From assembly GCA_951406725.2 (NCBI GenBank), contig OX597837.1, positions 11,098,001-11,162,000 of the forward strand: a stretch of 64,000 nucleotides of DNA. The letters run 5' to 3'. Positions 26,068-39,215 of the stretch are shown here, in pieces (position 1 is the stretch's first letter; each line of letters opens with the position of its first letter). The notes under the pieces are model-generated. The model saw only the letters and a program-made list of their open reading frames with translations, made no database searches and was not told where the DNA came from. The position numbers and the translations under genes were made by a program. Origin of the DNA: Octopus vulgaris (Eukaryota).

Positions 26068-27261
26068 CCGTATTTGATGGCATATTAGACGCACTGGCAT
26101 ATTAGACGCACCCTCTTTTCAGCAGGTCAAATTCAGGAGAAAAAAGTTTCAAGTGTATTTAAGCATATATTGTTGAAAGCAGTCTAGCAGCACATTACAA
26201 AAGCAGAAAACATTGCTGTATAAAAGCAAGCATACAAAAGGAAAGCATACTAATTACAATAGTAATCATCTTTAATCATCTTTTTAACCAGAAAACTCTT
26301 CATCATCTTCTACACCAGAAAAGTCTTCTAATATTTTTTCTTCATAATCAGCAGGCATTTTTTGTGCAATGGATGTTTTTGTACGTATTGATAAACCCTT
26401 CCGTTTCATAAATCTGTAACACCAACCTTCTGTTCCTGCAAAGTTCTGTATCCCTCGTTGTTCTGCTACTCTCATGGCCTCATGAATTATCATTTTGGTA
26501 GATACACTTCTCCCTGAGTTTCTCTCATCAAGCATCCACGTTTTTATATCATCCTCAAGTTCTGGCCAATGTGGGGCTGGGCAACGAAGGTTATGTTTAC
26601 CTTTCTGTGCTCTCATCAGCTGCTCTTCTTGCTGTCGCCAAACACGTATCATTTTTTCTGTAGGTGGTGGCCCAAAAACCCTTGCTGCTGCTCTATTTCC
26701 ATGCTCCTTGGCATAATCTAGCACTCGTAGTTTGTAGGAGATTTTGTAGCTTGATCTTTTTGCTGCCATAGCCGTGAGGGTGCTTGTACAGTTGTAGTGT
26801 GTTTTGTTATGATCATAAACTTTGTTGTACCAAGATATCCAACCTACCTCCGTATATACACGAACTCGCAACGATCATGTGCATTCCGTAGTTTTACTCC
26901 TCACCGTCAGATGGCATCGAGTTAGGGTTCCGATCAGCTGATATTAGTAAACGTGTGTCATGGATCGCAGCCTAACAATTTACGGTAGATTGCTTTGATT
27001 TTTACGATAATTCGTATTTTAAAGTAATAATACTGGTAATAATAATAATAATAATAATAGCAATAAAATAATGATGCATGTGTACGGAAAATATCATTAA
27101 GGCGTTAGCGTAGGTAGAAATACTTATCGTAAGCTAGGTTAGTGAGCGTCAGGGAGAAGATTAGCCTACGGGAGGGTCTTGACTTCGCATATTAGACGCA
27201 GGGCGATTTTTTGAGCCAAATTTTTTGGAAAAAAGTGCGTCCTATATGCCGTCAAATACGG
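26068..27261 (-). mobile_element. pogo/Tc2-like DNA transposon, internally deleted, both TIRs and TA TSD intact
   Basis: TIRs CCGTATTTGATGGCATATTAGACGCAC / GTGCGTCCTATATGCCGTCAAATACGG (24/27); TA at 26066-67 and 27262-63; subterminal gcatattagacgca repeats. Confidence 0.95.
26284..26769 (-). CDS. Truncated pogo-family transposase: Brinker-like DBD, CENP-B HTH and acidic tail, no DDE domain (161 aa from ATG 26769)
   Basis: MAAKRSSYKISYKLRVLDYAKEHGNRAAARVFG..EKMIRVWR; WPELED...FAGTEGWCYRFMKRKGLSIRTKTSIAQKMP; ends EDFSGVEDDEEFSG*. Confidence 0.8.
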   Translation of the reverse strand: MAAKRSSYKISYKLRVLDYAKEHGNRAAARVFGPPPTEKMIRVWRQQEEQLMRAQKGKHNLRCPAPHWPELEDDIKTWMLDERNSGRSVSTKMIIHEAMRVAEQRGIQNFAGTEGWCYRFMKRKGLSIRTKTSIAQKMPADYEEKILEDFSGVEDDEEFSG

Positions 27262-27753
27262 TACTCTTCTAGCTGTTCCGCCATAGAAGCCAAATTGATG
27301 GAGAAACCTCACGGAAGCACTCAGACTCATTCGGAGTTTCTCTGAAGCATCACCATCCTTAAAACGGCGAATATTTTCAATAAATAATCCACTTAACAGG
27401 CAAAAAGATCCCTTTCAGGGGCCCCAAATCCACCCGAGCGGGATACTTTCCTTTCATTTGCTGGTGAATTCTACAATCACTCTGTTGACTGTAACGAGAA
27501 GAACCCTAAGATTTAGTCCATTCTTACGCTGGCTAAGTCCACCTTCATTACGCCATTTTTCAAAAACAGACAACTATTTTGCTTCTGGTGTTCGCCGCAT
27601 GGCCAGATGCTATAAATAATTAATGAACTACTATTTGAAATGGGAAATTATACATTAACAAGTTTAAAGGACAAGGAAATGTCTTCGCTCATAAATGTTA
27701 TAATGCGAAGTGTCTTCTGTCAGTTTAAGATGTGTATGCGTGGGTGTGTGTGT

Positions 27754-27796
<43 letters not shown>

Positions 27797-28137
27797 TGTG
27801 TGTGTGTGTGTCTGTGTGTCTGTGTGTGTGTGTACTAACGCTCAAAAAAGAAAAAGAAAATTGCCCGTTAGCAATCTATTTTCCATCTCATTTTCAATTA
27901 ACTTTTCCGATTCATTAGGAGTAAGGAAACTGATTTCAGGGCAATGTTTCTAATTAAGCTGCAAGTAATTAATATGCGAATATTAACATCTTCCATATTA
28001 GGCTATGCACACAACTCATGCTCACATGCACCATACATGCACACACATACAAGTACACATATATACACACATACACATACAGAGCGCACACGTAAAAATG
28101 CATATGTACATATACATATATGTAAGCGCGGTACATG

Positions 28138-28285
<148 letters not shown>

Positions 28286-28664
28286 AATATATATATATAC
28301 GCAAAAAATAACACACTACATATGTGCTGCCACGCGCGCGCACTCACTCATTCACTCCCTCCCTCCCTCAATCCCTCACTCACTCATTCATTCCCTCACT
28401 CACTCATTCATTCCCTCACTCACTCGCTCTCTCTCTTTCTCTCGCTCGTTCACTCGGCCTCAGCCAAAAGTATAAAACGTATCGATTTTGTAACAAAGTT
28501 TAGAGACAAACAGGCTGACTTTGAGCAAGGAGAGCATGTCTCGGAAGACGCAGCGAATTGCAGCGGAAGATGTCTGACAAATTAGTTGATTAATTAATTG
28601 AACGAACTGCCAAGCAAGCAATTGATTATTTAATTGGTTAGTTAATTATCTGGTTAGGTAATGT

Positions 28665-29045
28665 AGAGGCACAATGGCTCAGTGGTTAGGGCGGGCAGTC
28701 TTGCGATCGTAGGATCACGGTTTCGATTCCGTGACCGGGAGTTGTGAATGTTTATTGCGCGAAAACGCCTAAAGCTCCTCGAGGCCCCGGCAGTGGGTGG
28801 TGGCGAACCCTGCTGAATTCTTTCACCACAACTTTCTCTCACTCTTTCTTCCTGTTTCTGTTGTACCTGTATTTCAAAGGGGCCAGCCTTGTCACACTCT
28901 GTGTCACTCTGAATTTCCCTTAGAACTACATTAAGGGCTACACGTGTCTGTGGAGTGCTCAGCCAGTGGCACGATAACTTCATGCGCATGCTGTTCCGTC
29001 GATCGGATCAACTGGAACCCTCGTCGTCGCAACCGACGGAGTGAA
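28665..29045 (+). mobile_element. Full-length SINE C
   Basis: tggctcagtggttagg, ggtttcgattcc; collinear with 11580-11957. Confidence 0.9.
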
Positions 29046-29062
29046 ACGAGTTAAGTAATAAT

Positions 29063-29268
29063 GATTTTAACTTTTGGCACAAAGCCAGAAATTTCGAAGT
29101 AAGGTGGTAAGTCGATTACACTGACCCCAGTGTTCAACTGGTACTTATTTTATCAACCCCGAAAGGATGAAAGGCAAAGTCGACCTTGGCGGAATTTGAA
29201 GTCAGAACGTAACGGCAGACGAAAGCAGCATTTCACCCTGCCTGCTAATGAGTCTGCTAGCTCGCCTC
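29063..29268 (-). mobile_element. SINE A, older subfamily
   Basis: ccccgaaaggatgaaaggcaaagtcgacc core on the + strand. Confidence 0.82.
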
Positions 29269-29269
29269 C

Positions 29270-29785
<516 letters not shown>

Positions 29786-29850
29786 GCCCTGATGCAGTAC
29801 CAGGCAGTGGCTCTCATGGCTTCTGATCTTAACTGATTGGAGGTGTTATC
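29786..29850 (+). mobile_element. Terminal fragment of element E
   Basis: gccctgatgcagtaccaggcagtggctctcatggcttctgatcttaactgattgg is the reverse complement of 38184-38239; directly follows (AAT)n. Confidence 0.85.
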
Positions 29851-30419
29851 GAACTCGATATATCGTGTTTGCAAAAATAACTCGTCGCTATGGGAGGATG
29901 AACTACTAGTGTCCTTCTCAAGATGGCGACTACTTGTGTAGGGCGACTGCACTCCGTATCCGAATGCAAGGGTCGATACCTTATCAGGCTGTGAAGTAGC
30001 TCTATAGGTGTTTCGAGCCTCTCTTCTGCTATGAGAGGATGAATCAAAGGCGTCCTTCGAAAAACCATGCTTAATAATCTATCGGAAGACACAGCGGTGC
30101 CGTGATAAATTAATGATTCATAGATACTGACAGCAAGAAAAGATACGTGAGATGTCTATCATTTTGTTCTACGTAAATGGTAAAAGTGCTAAGTAGCGAT
30201 CGATAGACAATGAAGATAGAGATGACAAAAAAAAAATGGTGCTGGAATTATGTAACCAATGAATTTCTTTGATTAAATGACAAACGTAAGATAATTCCTG
30301 ACAACTCTTCAAAGATCTGTCTCAGCATGCAATTAGCATCTCTTCCTGGTTTTGCGTTTGGTCAAAGCTTTTAAACATTTTTCGCTATTCCTGCTTTGAA
30401 AATAACGAACGCCAATAAT

Positions 30420-31000
30420 GGTGGAGGAATGGAATCGGTGGTTGTAGTAGAAATGGTGGTGGTGGTGGAGGAATGGAATCGGTGGTTGTAGTAGAAATGG
30501 TGGTGGTGGTGGAGGAATGGAATCGGTGGTTGTAGTAGAAATGGTGGTAGCGGTGGAGGAATGGAATCGGTGGTTGTATTAGAAATGGTGGTGGTGGTGG
30601 TGTAGGAATGGAATCGGTAGTTGTAGTAGAAATGGTGGTGGAGGTGGGGGGAATGGAATCGGTGGTTGTAGTAGAAATGGTGATGGAGGTGGTGGAGGAA
30701 TGGAATCGGTGGTTGTAGTAGAAATGGTGGTGGTGGTGGAGGAATGGAATCGGTGGTTGTATTAGAAATGGTTGTGGTGGTGGAGGAATGGAATCGGTGG
30801 TTGTAGTAGAAATGGTGGTGGTGGTGGAGGAATGGAATCGGTGGTTGTATTAGAAATGGTGATGGAGGTGGGGGAATGGAATCGGTGGTTGTATTAGAAA
30901 TGGTGGTGGAGGTGGGGGAATGGAATCGGTGGTTGTAGTAGAAATGGTGATGGAGGTGGAGGAATGGAATCGGTGGTTGCAGTAGAAATGGTGGTGGTGG
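30420..31000. repeat. G-rich minisatellite, 13 units of ~42-48 bp (ggaggaatggaatcggtggttgtagtagaaat(ggt)n)
   Basis: 13 occurrences of aatggaatcgg at ~44-bp spacing. Confidence 0.95.
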
Positions 31001-31681
31001 TGGCGGCGGCGGCGGTGGTGGTGGTGGCGGCGGCGGCGGTGGTGGTGGTGGTAGAGGCGTTGTTAGTGGGTAGTGGTGATTTTGCAGGCTTTTATGTTGT
31101 TGTTGTTGGTAGTGGTGGTGATAGTGGTAGTCTTGGTAGTGGTTGAGGTTGTAGTGCAAAGAGTGATGGTGAAGGTGGTCACATCAGTCAGGTTGATGAT
31201 GATAGTGATGAAGATAACGGGGGAGATGGTTGTCAAGAGGATGTGTCTCGTGGCCTTTGTAGTGGTAATGATGAAGGCGGGGGTTTTGATGCTGATGTTG
31301 TTGGTAGTGATGGTGATGGTGGTGGTAGAGCTTGTGGTAAGGGTGGTGGTGTTGGTGGCGATGACGACAAGAAAGACAACGACACTGTTACGACGACGAC
31401 GATGACGATGACGACAGCGACGATAATGTTGATGATGATGATGATGATGATGATGACTACGACGACGACGGTGATGTCAATTTTATTCATCATATTTTTC
31501 CCTTCGCAGATTCACACACTTATTACAGTGGTCCTTCAGTTTTTCCAAGCCCTGAAAAGAATTTTGAAGGTTGGGCCCCCAACCAGGCTTTTCGCGATGC
31601 CCTTAAAGCCAGGAACCTTTCAGCACCTCGTCGTACACACACACACAGACACACACACGCACCAGCACACGCATACACATA

Positions 31682-31841
31682 GGTGCAGGTGTGGGTGAGT
31701 GGTAAGAAGCTTGCTTCCCAACCACATGGTTCTGGGTTCAGTCCCACTTCGTGGTACCTTGGTCAAGTGTCTCCTACTATAGCCTCGGGCCTACCGAAGC
31801 CTTGTGAGTGGATTTGGTAGACGGAAACTGAAAGAAGCCCG

Positions 31842-31843
<2 letters not shown>
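31682..31843 (+). mobile_element. SINE B head and core followed by (TA)n
   Basis: gtggtaagaagcttgcttcccaaccacatggttctgggttcagtccc...gaaagaagcccgtc. Confidence 0.88.
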
Positions 31844-31912
<69 letters not shown>

Positions 31913-31976
31913 GATGTATGTATGTATATGTACATACGTGTGTGTGTGCATATATATATATATATGTTGTGTATGT

Positions 31977-32029
<53 letters not shown>

Positions 32030-32490
32030 GGGGTTATTTCAGTATATATATATATATATATATAAATATATGACGTTAAGCAAATTATCAACAGATTCGC
32101 ATGCCCCACGATATAACAGGCAACACGAAGAATAGAAACTAGGAACCATGGATGTGCGGGTTAGTATTAATGTTTGAAATAAAAGAAATTCGAAGCTACT
32201 ATGAAAGACGGACAGTGTGGATTTAAAAAAAAAGGGGATTAGAATTTAGCGAATAAAATCTTTTATGAAGAAAGGTAAAATACTTTCCCTTCAAAAATTT
32301 ATTGAAAGAAATAAACTGAAAAACCCGCGAGAACGTTGATATGCGTAACAGGGAAAAACGGAGAGGAAGAAGAGTGAGAAGGAGAGAAAAAGGTATTAAA
32401 AGATGAATGAAATAAAAGTGGAGAGTTAGCGAGTACTTGAGAAAGCCTATCAATAAAATGGTGGACACCTTGATAGGAGACAAATAAATT

Positions 32491-32827
<337 letters not shown>

Positions 32828-33221
32828 CTTTCTCTGCCTCCTCTATCTCTCTCTCTATATATATGTATATATATACATACACACACATACGTACACATGT
32901 ATATATATATATACTCACATACAAGCAACAAACATACGTATTTATATATATGTATATGTACGTATATGCATGCATATAAGGATATGTTTACACAACTATA
33001 CAATGTGTGTATAAAAAGTATACATGTATATATGTATGTATATGTGCACATATACCATGTGGTTGAACAGCAAGCTTCTTACTACACAGTCACTCCTGCG
33101 CCTATATATATTTTAAATTATACAATTTAGTAACTGAAAACAGGAAATGCAAAAGCCAAGACGACATTGTGTGTGGTTGCGTCGATGTACGTACAACTAT
33201 ATGCATATGTATGTACGCATG

Positions 33222-33256
<35 letters not shown>

Positions 33257-34137
33257 GTATGCGTATGCAGATAGGTAGAGTGATTGAAAGATAAAATAAT
33301 GTAGACGTGATATAAATGTTTTCGAAAGCTTTGTTATAATAATATGTAAGTAAGATCTGTTAAGGAAAAACACGAGAAATCATAGGCGTTGTGTAAAAGT
33401 TATGTAATTCACGAACTTGTGTAATTTAATGACGGACAACAGGAAATGCATTAACCAAAGCGGTAGAGTGTGAAAGACGGTGCTGAAGAAGAAGAAGAAA
33501 TGGATACGAGGTAAGATGATAAACATTAGTCAAAGATATGTTGCAAAGAGTCGCCTCGAGAGAGGCAAGATTCAAGATTTATAGGTCTTCACGAATGTTT
33601 GAAGCAATAATTAGATTCCGACGTAAATATGTGGTTGCATAAATCTCGCGTTCAGTCATTTTATAGACAGCTGCAAACACAAACATGGTGGGTGAGTTTT
33701 GATAAAAGAATCTTTCATCGAATTAAATGCATTCGTGTGAGTGTTGTCGGAATGTTAATTTGCTCGCGTATATTTGTGCATAGCCCGATTGAACTCGTAA
33801 CGAGCGTGTGTGTTGTGGGTGTAAATAAGATGGTCCTTAGAAGTCATCAGAGGAACCACAGATACAGGGAAGTCATTAGCTATGCGTTACACGGATTCTT
33901 TACTTGCTGATGGAGGAGGGTCGACCGCATACTTCATGGGAAGGTTCAACGAAAACAATGCTGTAACATCTGCGTGAAAAATCTCCCGTCGTTACTGCAT
34001 CTGTGCGAAAAATTGTACCGCATTTGATGACGTAAAAGATACAAGGACATACAAGATGCACTCCAATTTCAGCAGCGCATACTAAAGAGAAAAAAGTTTT
34101 TAGCGCAACATAGTATTTAATATTTAGGGTAACTTTA

Positions 34138-34345
34138 AGGCGGTGACCTGGCGGAGTCATTAGCATGCCGGGCAAAATGCTTAGCGGCATTTCGGCTGTC
34201 TTCACGTTTTGAGATTCCACTAAGGTCGTCTTTGCCTATCGTTCTCTCGTGGTTGATAAAATAAATATCAGTTGAGTACTGGGGTTGGTGTAATCGGCTC
34301 AGCTCCGTCCCCGAAATTGCTGGCCTTGTGCAAAAATTTAAAATC
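34138..34345 (+). mobile_element. Degenerate SINE A, older tail
   Basis: cattagcatgccgggcaaaatgcttagcggcatttcg...ccccgaaattgctggccttgtgcaaaa. Confidence 0.75.
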
Positions 34346-34749
34346 AGTATTTAAAGACACTTTAAGGCGGTAAAAATTATTTTGAACGCTTTGAAAACGG
34401 CTTGAGAGAGGGTCAGAAAAGGCCGTCTACACTTGTTGGAGTCAGTAGTCAGAAAGACAGTGGCCCTCTGGTCACGTGTCAGCGACGAGAGGGAGGAGGA
34501 GGAGTAAGAGAAAGGGAACGGCGAAAGGTAGAGAAAAAAGGGGAGAGTGGTAGAGAAAACCAGAAAGAATGAAGAATGAGAGAGAGAAGGACAATAAGGT
34601 TAGAAAAAACCAGAAAGAATGAGTGAGAGAGGGGGACAGAAGGGTTAAGAGTGCGCAATATTATTATTATTAAGATAAAACTTACTTGGAAGTGGATGCG
34701 TGGCGTTCAATAATATAATAACAAAATAATAAATAAAACATATGCATAT

Positions 34750-35220
34750 ATACATAATTTTCCCTTTCGTTCAGGCATAACAGCCCTTACTGTTTGTGTT
34801 ACTGTTATTCTCCTTGTCCTGTCTTTTACTGTTTTTATTTGTACTGTTTTCACTGTCCTGTTTTGTTACCACTTTTACCCCTCCGCAAAAAATCACAAAT
34901 TTTATTTAATTTGCTTTACGGGAAGAACTGTTTCAAGGAAGTCGTGTCTCGCCCTTACCTTCGAAACACGGAGTAGATAAAACAGGGACAACTGAAGAAG
35001 GGGAATTTTCCTTGTGTTGTATGTTTTGTACTCTGTTTTATCGTTGTTTAAAAACATTGTCCATTTCCATGGATTTGTTTTTATGTTTCGTTTCTCATTG
35101 TGTTCGACGTTTTTTTTGTGTCCCGTACCCATATATGCATGTATATATACATATAGATATTGGTACGTAAATATATGTATGTATATATGCATATGTTTTA
35201 TTTATTATTTTGTTATTATA
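34750..35220 (+). repeat. Unclassified interspersed repeat G (also 42185-42480 minus and 51620-52020 plus)
   Basis: Shared ttttatttaatt(tgcttt).cgggaag, cttcgaaac, acaactga.gaaggg and tagat.t.ggtacgta.atatatgt blocks; TA-rich flanks. Confidence 0.6.
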
Positions 35221-35771
35221 CATATATATATATATATATACATACATATGCACACACATATATATACATACACACACACACACATATATATATACATACG
35301 CACATTTATATATGTACCTGCATATATATTTGAAGTTCAAAACAAATTCTTTGCAATGTACAGAAAATCATACAATGAATGCAATTAGTTACATACACAC
35401 ACACACACATATTTATGTATATATGCATGTATGAATATATAAAAACATAAATGTATATACATATATAACATATACGTATACATATATATATAGATAACAT
35501 ATATGTGTATGTGTGTGTGTCTATATCACGACATTTCCTATAAGTTATGCATCGTCCACATTTTAGGAATGGGCGAGTGTTCTTTGTAAATGTCACCTAT
35601 CCTTCATAATCAGACAGCTATATTTAACTTAACTTAATTCAATTTAATTCGATTTCGTTTCATTCTATTTCATCTTCCTTCTTTTTCATCTTCTTTTTCT
35701 TTCCCTTCCCCACCTCTTTCTCCTTACCCTCCTTTTTCTGGCTGGTGATTTATTCTCTCTCTTGTTTTGCA

Positions 35772-35788
35772 GTTGTTGTTGTTGTTGC

Positions 35789-35822
<34 letters not shown>

Positions 35823-35888
35823 CTTCTTCTTCTTCTTCTTCTTCTTCTTCTTCTTCTTCTTCTTCTTCTCCTGCTGCTGCTGCTGCTG

Positions 35889-35951
<63 letters not shown>

Positions 35952-36569
35952 TACATTTTCTCCTCCAACCCTTCTTTTTTCTTTTTCTCCTAGCCTTCTT
36001 CCATGTATTTTGATTTTCTCTTTCTTTTCTCCATTATCTTCCTTCTTCTTCTTCTTCTTCTTCTTCTTCTTCTTCTTCTTCTTCTTCTGCTTCTTCTTCT
36101 TCTTCTTCTTCTCCTCCTCCTTCTCCTTCTTCTTCTTCTTCTTCTTCTTCTTCTTCTTCTTCTTCTTCTTCTTCTTCTTCTTCTTCTTCTTCTTCTTCTT
36201 CTGCTTCTTCTTCTTCCAATTCTTCTTCTCCTTCTTCATCTTCTTCTTATTATTCTTCTTCCAATTCTTCTTCTTCTCCTTCTTCATCTTCTTCTTCTTA
36301 TTATTCTTCTTCCAATTCTTCTTCTTCTTCTTCTTCTTCTTCTTCTTCTTCTTCTTCCAATTCTTCTTATCCCCCTCCTCCTCCTTCTTCTTCTTCTTCT
36401 TCTTCTTCTTCTTCTTCTTCTTCTGCTTCTTCTTCTTCTTCTTCTTCTCCTCCTCCTTCTCCTTCTTCTTCTTCTTCCTCTTCCTCTTCTTCTTCTTCTT
36501 CTTCTGCTTCTTCTTCTTCTTCTTCTTCTTCTTCTTCTTCTTCTTCTTCTGCTTCTTCTTCTTCCAATT

Positions 36570-36600
<31 letters not shown>

Positions 36601-37045
36601 TTATTCTTCTTCCAATTCTTCTTCTTCTCCTTCTTCATCTTCTTCTTCTTATTATTCTTCTTCCAATTCTTCTTCTTCTCCTTCTTCATCTTCTTCTTCT
36701 TATTATTCTTCTTCCAATTCTTCTTCTTCTCCTTCTTCATCTTCTTCTTATTATTATTCTTCTTCCAATTCTTCTTCTTCTTCTTCTTCTTCTTCTTCTT
36801 CTTCTTCTTCTTCTTCTTCTTCTTCCAATTCTTCTTCTTCTTCTTCTTCTTCTTCTTCTTCTTCCAATTCTTCTTCTTCTGCTTTTTCTCCCCCTTCTTT
36901 TTTCTTCTTCTTCTTATCCCCCTCCTCCTCCTTCTCTTTCTTCTTCTTCTTCTTCTTCTTCTTCTTCTTCTTTCCATTCTCGTTGCTGCCATTATTCTTG
37001 ATGTTGTTCTTACCGTTCTGTTCGTCGTCGTCGTCGTCGTCATCG
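35772..37045. repeat. GTT-CTT-CTG-CTA compound array followed by a ~0.9 kb (TTC)n polypyrimidine tract with ~60-bp higher-order units
   Basis: Directly visible; recurring ttattattcttcttccaattc unit. Confidence 0.97.
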
Positions 37046-37217
37046 CTGTTTCGACTTAAACGTCTGCCATAACCTAATTGATTTATGTCACGTAGACAAT
37101 CGGCCGAATGACAACATCGTAAAATCCCAACGGTGTCGATTTTACATCATGTGACCAGTTCCTTTTTTCCCACATTCACCATTCCGTTGATGCATTATTT
37201 TCAGCTGAACTTATATC

Positions 37218-37218
<1 letters not shown>

Positions 37219-37295
<77 letters not shown>

Positions 37296-37326
37296 GTTAT
37301 TGTTATTGTTGTTGTTGTTATTGTTG

Positions 37327-37370
<44 letters not shown>

Positions 37371-37428
37371 ATTATTATTATAATTATTATTATAATTATT
37401 ATTATAATTATTATTATTATTATTATTA

Positions 37429-37495
<67 letters not shown>

Positions 37496-37551
37496 TATTA
37501 TTATTATCATTATTATTATTATTATTATTATTATAATTATTATTATAATTA

Positions 37552-37591
<40 letters not shown>

Positions 37592-37615
37592 CATTATTAT
37601 TATTATTATTATCAC

Positions 37616-37685
<70 letters not shown>
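37219..37685. repeat. (ATT)n microsatellite
   Basis: Directly visible. Confidence 0.98.
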
Positions 37686-38262
37686 GAGTGAGAGAGCAGT
37701 TCATGCCATCAAAGTGACACTGGGGTAAAATATACGAAGCCCAATATACCCATCATGACTACCCGTCTGATAAGGGTACACCAGGCACATGCATCACAAC
37801 CATATGTGCGCGACATGGTGATCTCATATCAAGATAATCAGCACATGACCTTGCAGGTGGGGCCCAGTTAGAATTTTCTTCAGGTTGAGTAGCCCATCCC
37901 GCTCAAAAGGTCCCTGAATAAGGGTTGTTTAAGGATGTTGAAAGAACCACCCATGTTTCCAGAGGTGAACTATTCAAACCCCAAAGAATCCCTCTCAACA
38001 CATGGCTATGATGCTCCCCCACTACTTCTGCTCGTGATCAGAGATGCACATATCGTCAGCCACTAAGGGACATGCTCAACTGGTTACGGTCAAACAACTG
38101 ACAAGCAAATCTGTGGTATTGAGCAGAATATTTGCTGTAGGCCATCTTTTATACCAAGACAAAACAATGTACATGATAACACTTCCAATCAGTTAAGATC
38201 AGAAGCCATGAGAGCCACTGCCTGGTACTGCATCAGGGCATCCTGGTACTGCATCAGGGCAT
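37686..38262 (-). mobile_element. Element E, apparently complete copy with a 21-bp terminal tandem duplication
   Basis: gagtgagagagcag...(cctggtactgcatcagggcat)x2; (ATT)n on both sides. Confidence 0.88.
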
Positions 38263-38273
38263 TTATTATTATA

Positions 38274-38378
<105 letters not shown>

Positions 38379-39101
38379 CCATTTAAAAACTTTTCTTGGA
38401 ATTGGTTGAACGAAAAAAGTTAATGAATAAATAAAAAAAAAAACAAATCGGTTTACTTTGCATCGTGTAAATGAAATTTTTAAATGCTTCAAGTCAATTG
38501 TAAACAAGGCTTAAATTCCAATTTAAGATTTTAATATATGTATCGTTTTTAATGGAGAAAACCAACTAAACAAAACAAAAGAAGAAAAATTCATCTTTGG
38601 GAATATTAGAAAAAAATTATATTTATCAAAAATATTTTTTAAAAAATTATTTTTGCGTGTTCACAATAAAATTCATAAAATTTTGATCCGATCATGAAAA
38701 AGTAAAGAAAAAATGAATTAAAAATTAATATTTCCGTTTCATTCAGTTATAAATATTGGAAATGTATCAGATTTTAGGAGATAATGATATAGGGAAATTC
38801 TGACGTGACGTACATGAGTGTCAGAGACAGGAAATTCTGAAATATCTCTGCTGTAAATCTTAAACATTTGCGAGAACTGCTTTCATTCATTCATGTTCAC
38901 AGTGAAGTTCAATTACTCAGGTAAGTATAAAACCCCAAAAACTTGTCAACCTGGGAAGTGTTTTGAAGAGGTGCAATTCCTCTGGATTTCACCAGAACAA
39001 CATAATTTTAGATTTTAGCCCTTTTACGAGTTCTGTTGTTGATTCACCATTTTCTCCACACTTATCTGTTATTGCAGCCTCTGTTTTATTCTTTACTTTT
39101 G

Positions 39102-39176
<75 letters not shown>

Positions 39177-39177
39177 A

Positions 39178-39211
<34 letters not shown>

Positions 39212-39215
<4 letters not shown>

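Noticed and set aside
28460-28590. TATA box (tataaaa at 28471) with a downstream ATG
   Set aside because: Common by chance in AT-rich DNA; short ORF and no splice donor.
29786-29850. snRNA or hammerhead origin of the element E terminus (ccctgatgcag...)
   Set aside because: No match to spliceosomal snRNA sequences I know and no GAAA box or closing helices.
30420-31000. CRISPR-like regular array
   Set aside because: Linkers are variable GGT runs rather than unique spacers; no cas genes; eukaryotic context.
30371-31159. 262-aa Pro/His/Thr-rich ORF
   Set aside because: Product of the minisatellite cycling through frames.
33630-34100. Non-repetitive island as a possible coding exon
   Set aside because: The frames I translated close quickly and show no recognisable motif.
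34940-35005. Type II hammerhead in repeat G
   Set aside because: GAAA and CUGANGA boxes are present but stem I cannot be formed in any copy; kept only as an unclassified structured repeat.
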